In this document: piece after piece, positions 6,868 through 6,874 of the stretch
How positions within the stretch are numbered: position 1 is the first letter of the stretch
How the letters are laid out: every line of letters starts with the position of its first letter
IMG/VR virus record: IMGVR_UViG_2778261214_000002
Source: a virus
Lineage: Duplodnaviria > Heunggongvirae > Uroviricota > Caudoviricetes
Strand: one strand, 5' to 3'
Length of the DNA stretch: 6,874 nucleotides
Notes under the pieces: model-generated
Databases searched by the model: none
Told to the model about the DNA's origin: nothing
The model's input: only the letters and a program-made list of their open reading frames with translations
Made by a program: the position numbers and the translations under genes

Positions 6868-6874
6868 GCCAGAT

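Overview
This window reads as the contractile-tail module of a P2-like myovirus (prophage or tailocin-like element) in an enterobacterial-type genome (inferred from composition and protein similarity recalled from memory, not from a search). On the + strand there is a tightly packed operon: tail sheath (FI-like, 809-1993), tail tube (FII-like, 1993-2505), a gpE-like tail assembly chaperone (2561-2935) with an overlapping -1 frame extension (E', to 3099), a tape measure gene (about 3086-5657) and a gpU-like tail protein (5664-6158). The left edge carries the 5' part of a gpD-like tail gene on the - strand (651 down to 1, running off the window), divergent from the sheath gene. The right edge carries a serine-recombinase DNA invertase on the - strand (6196-6786), with a 26-bp crossover-site-like dyad (6842-6867) just upstream of it at the window boundary. 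Main second-look items: the tape measure reading frame is broken (+1 shift inside 3321-3340); the E/E' overlap looks like a programmed -1 frameshift with two candidate slip sites; the gene order differs from the P2 FETUD operon; and the invertase points to an invertible segment lying beyond the right edge. All homology statements are from memory of protein families; no database search was run.
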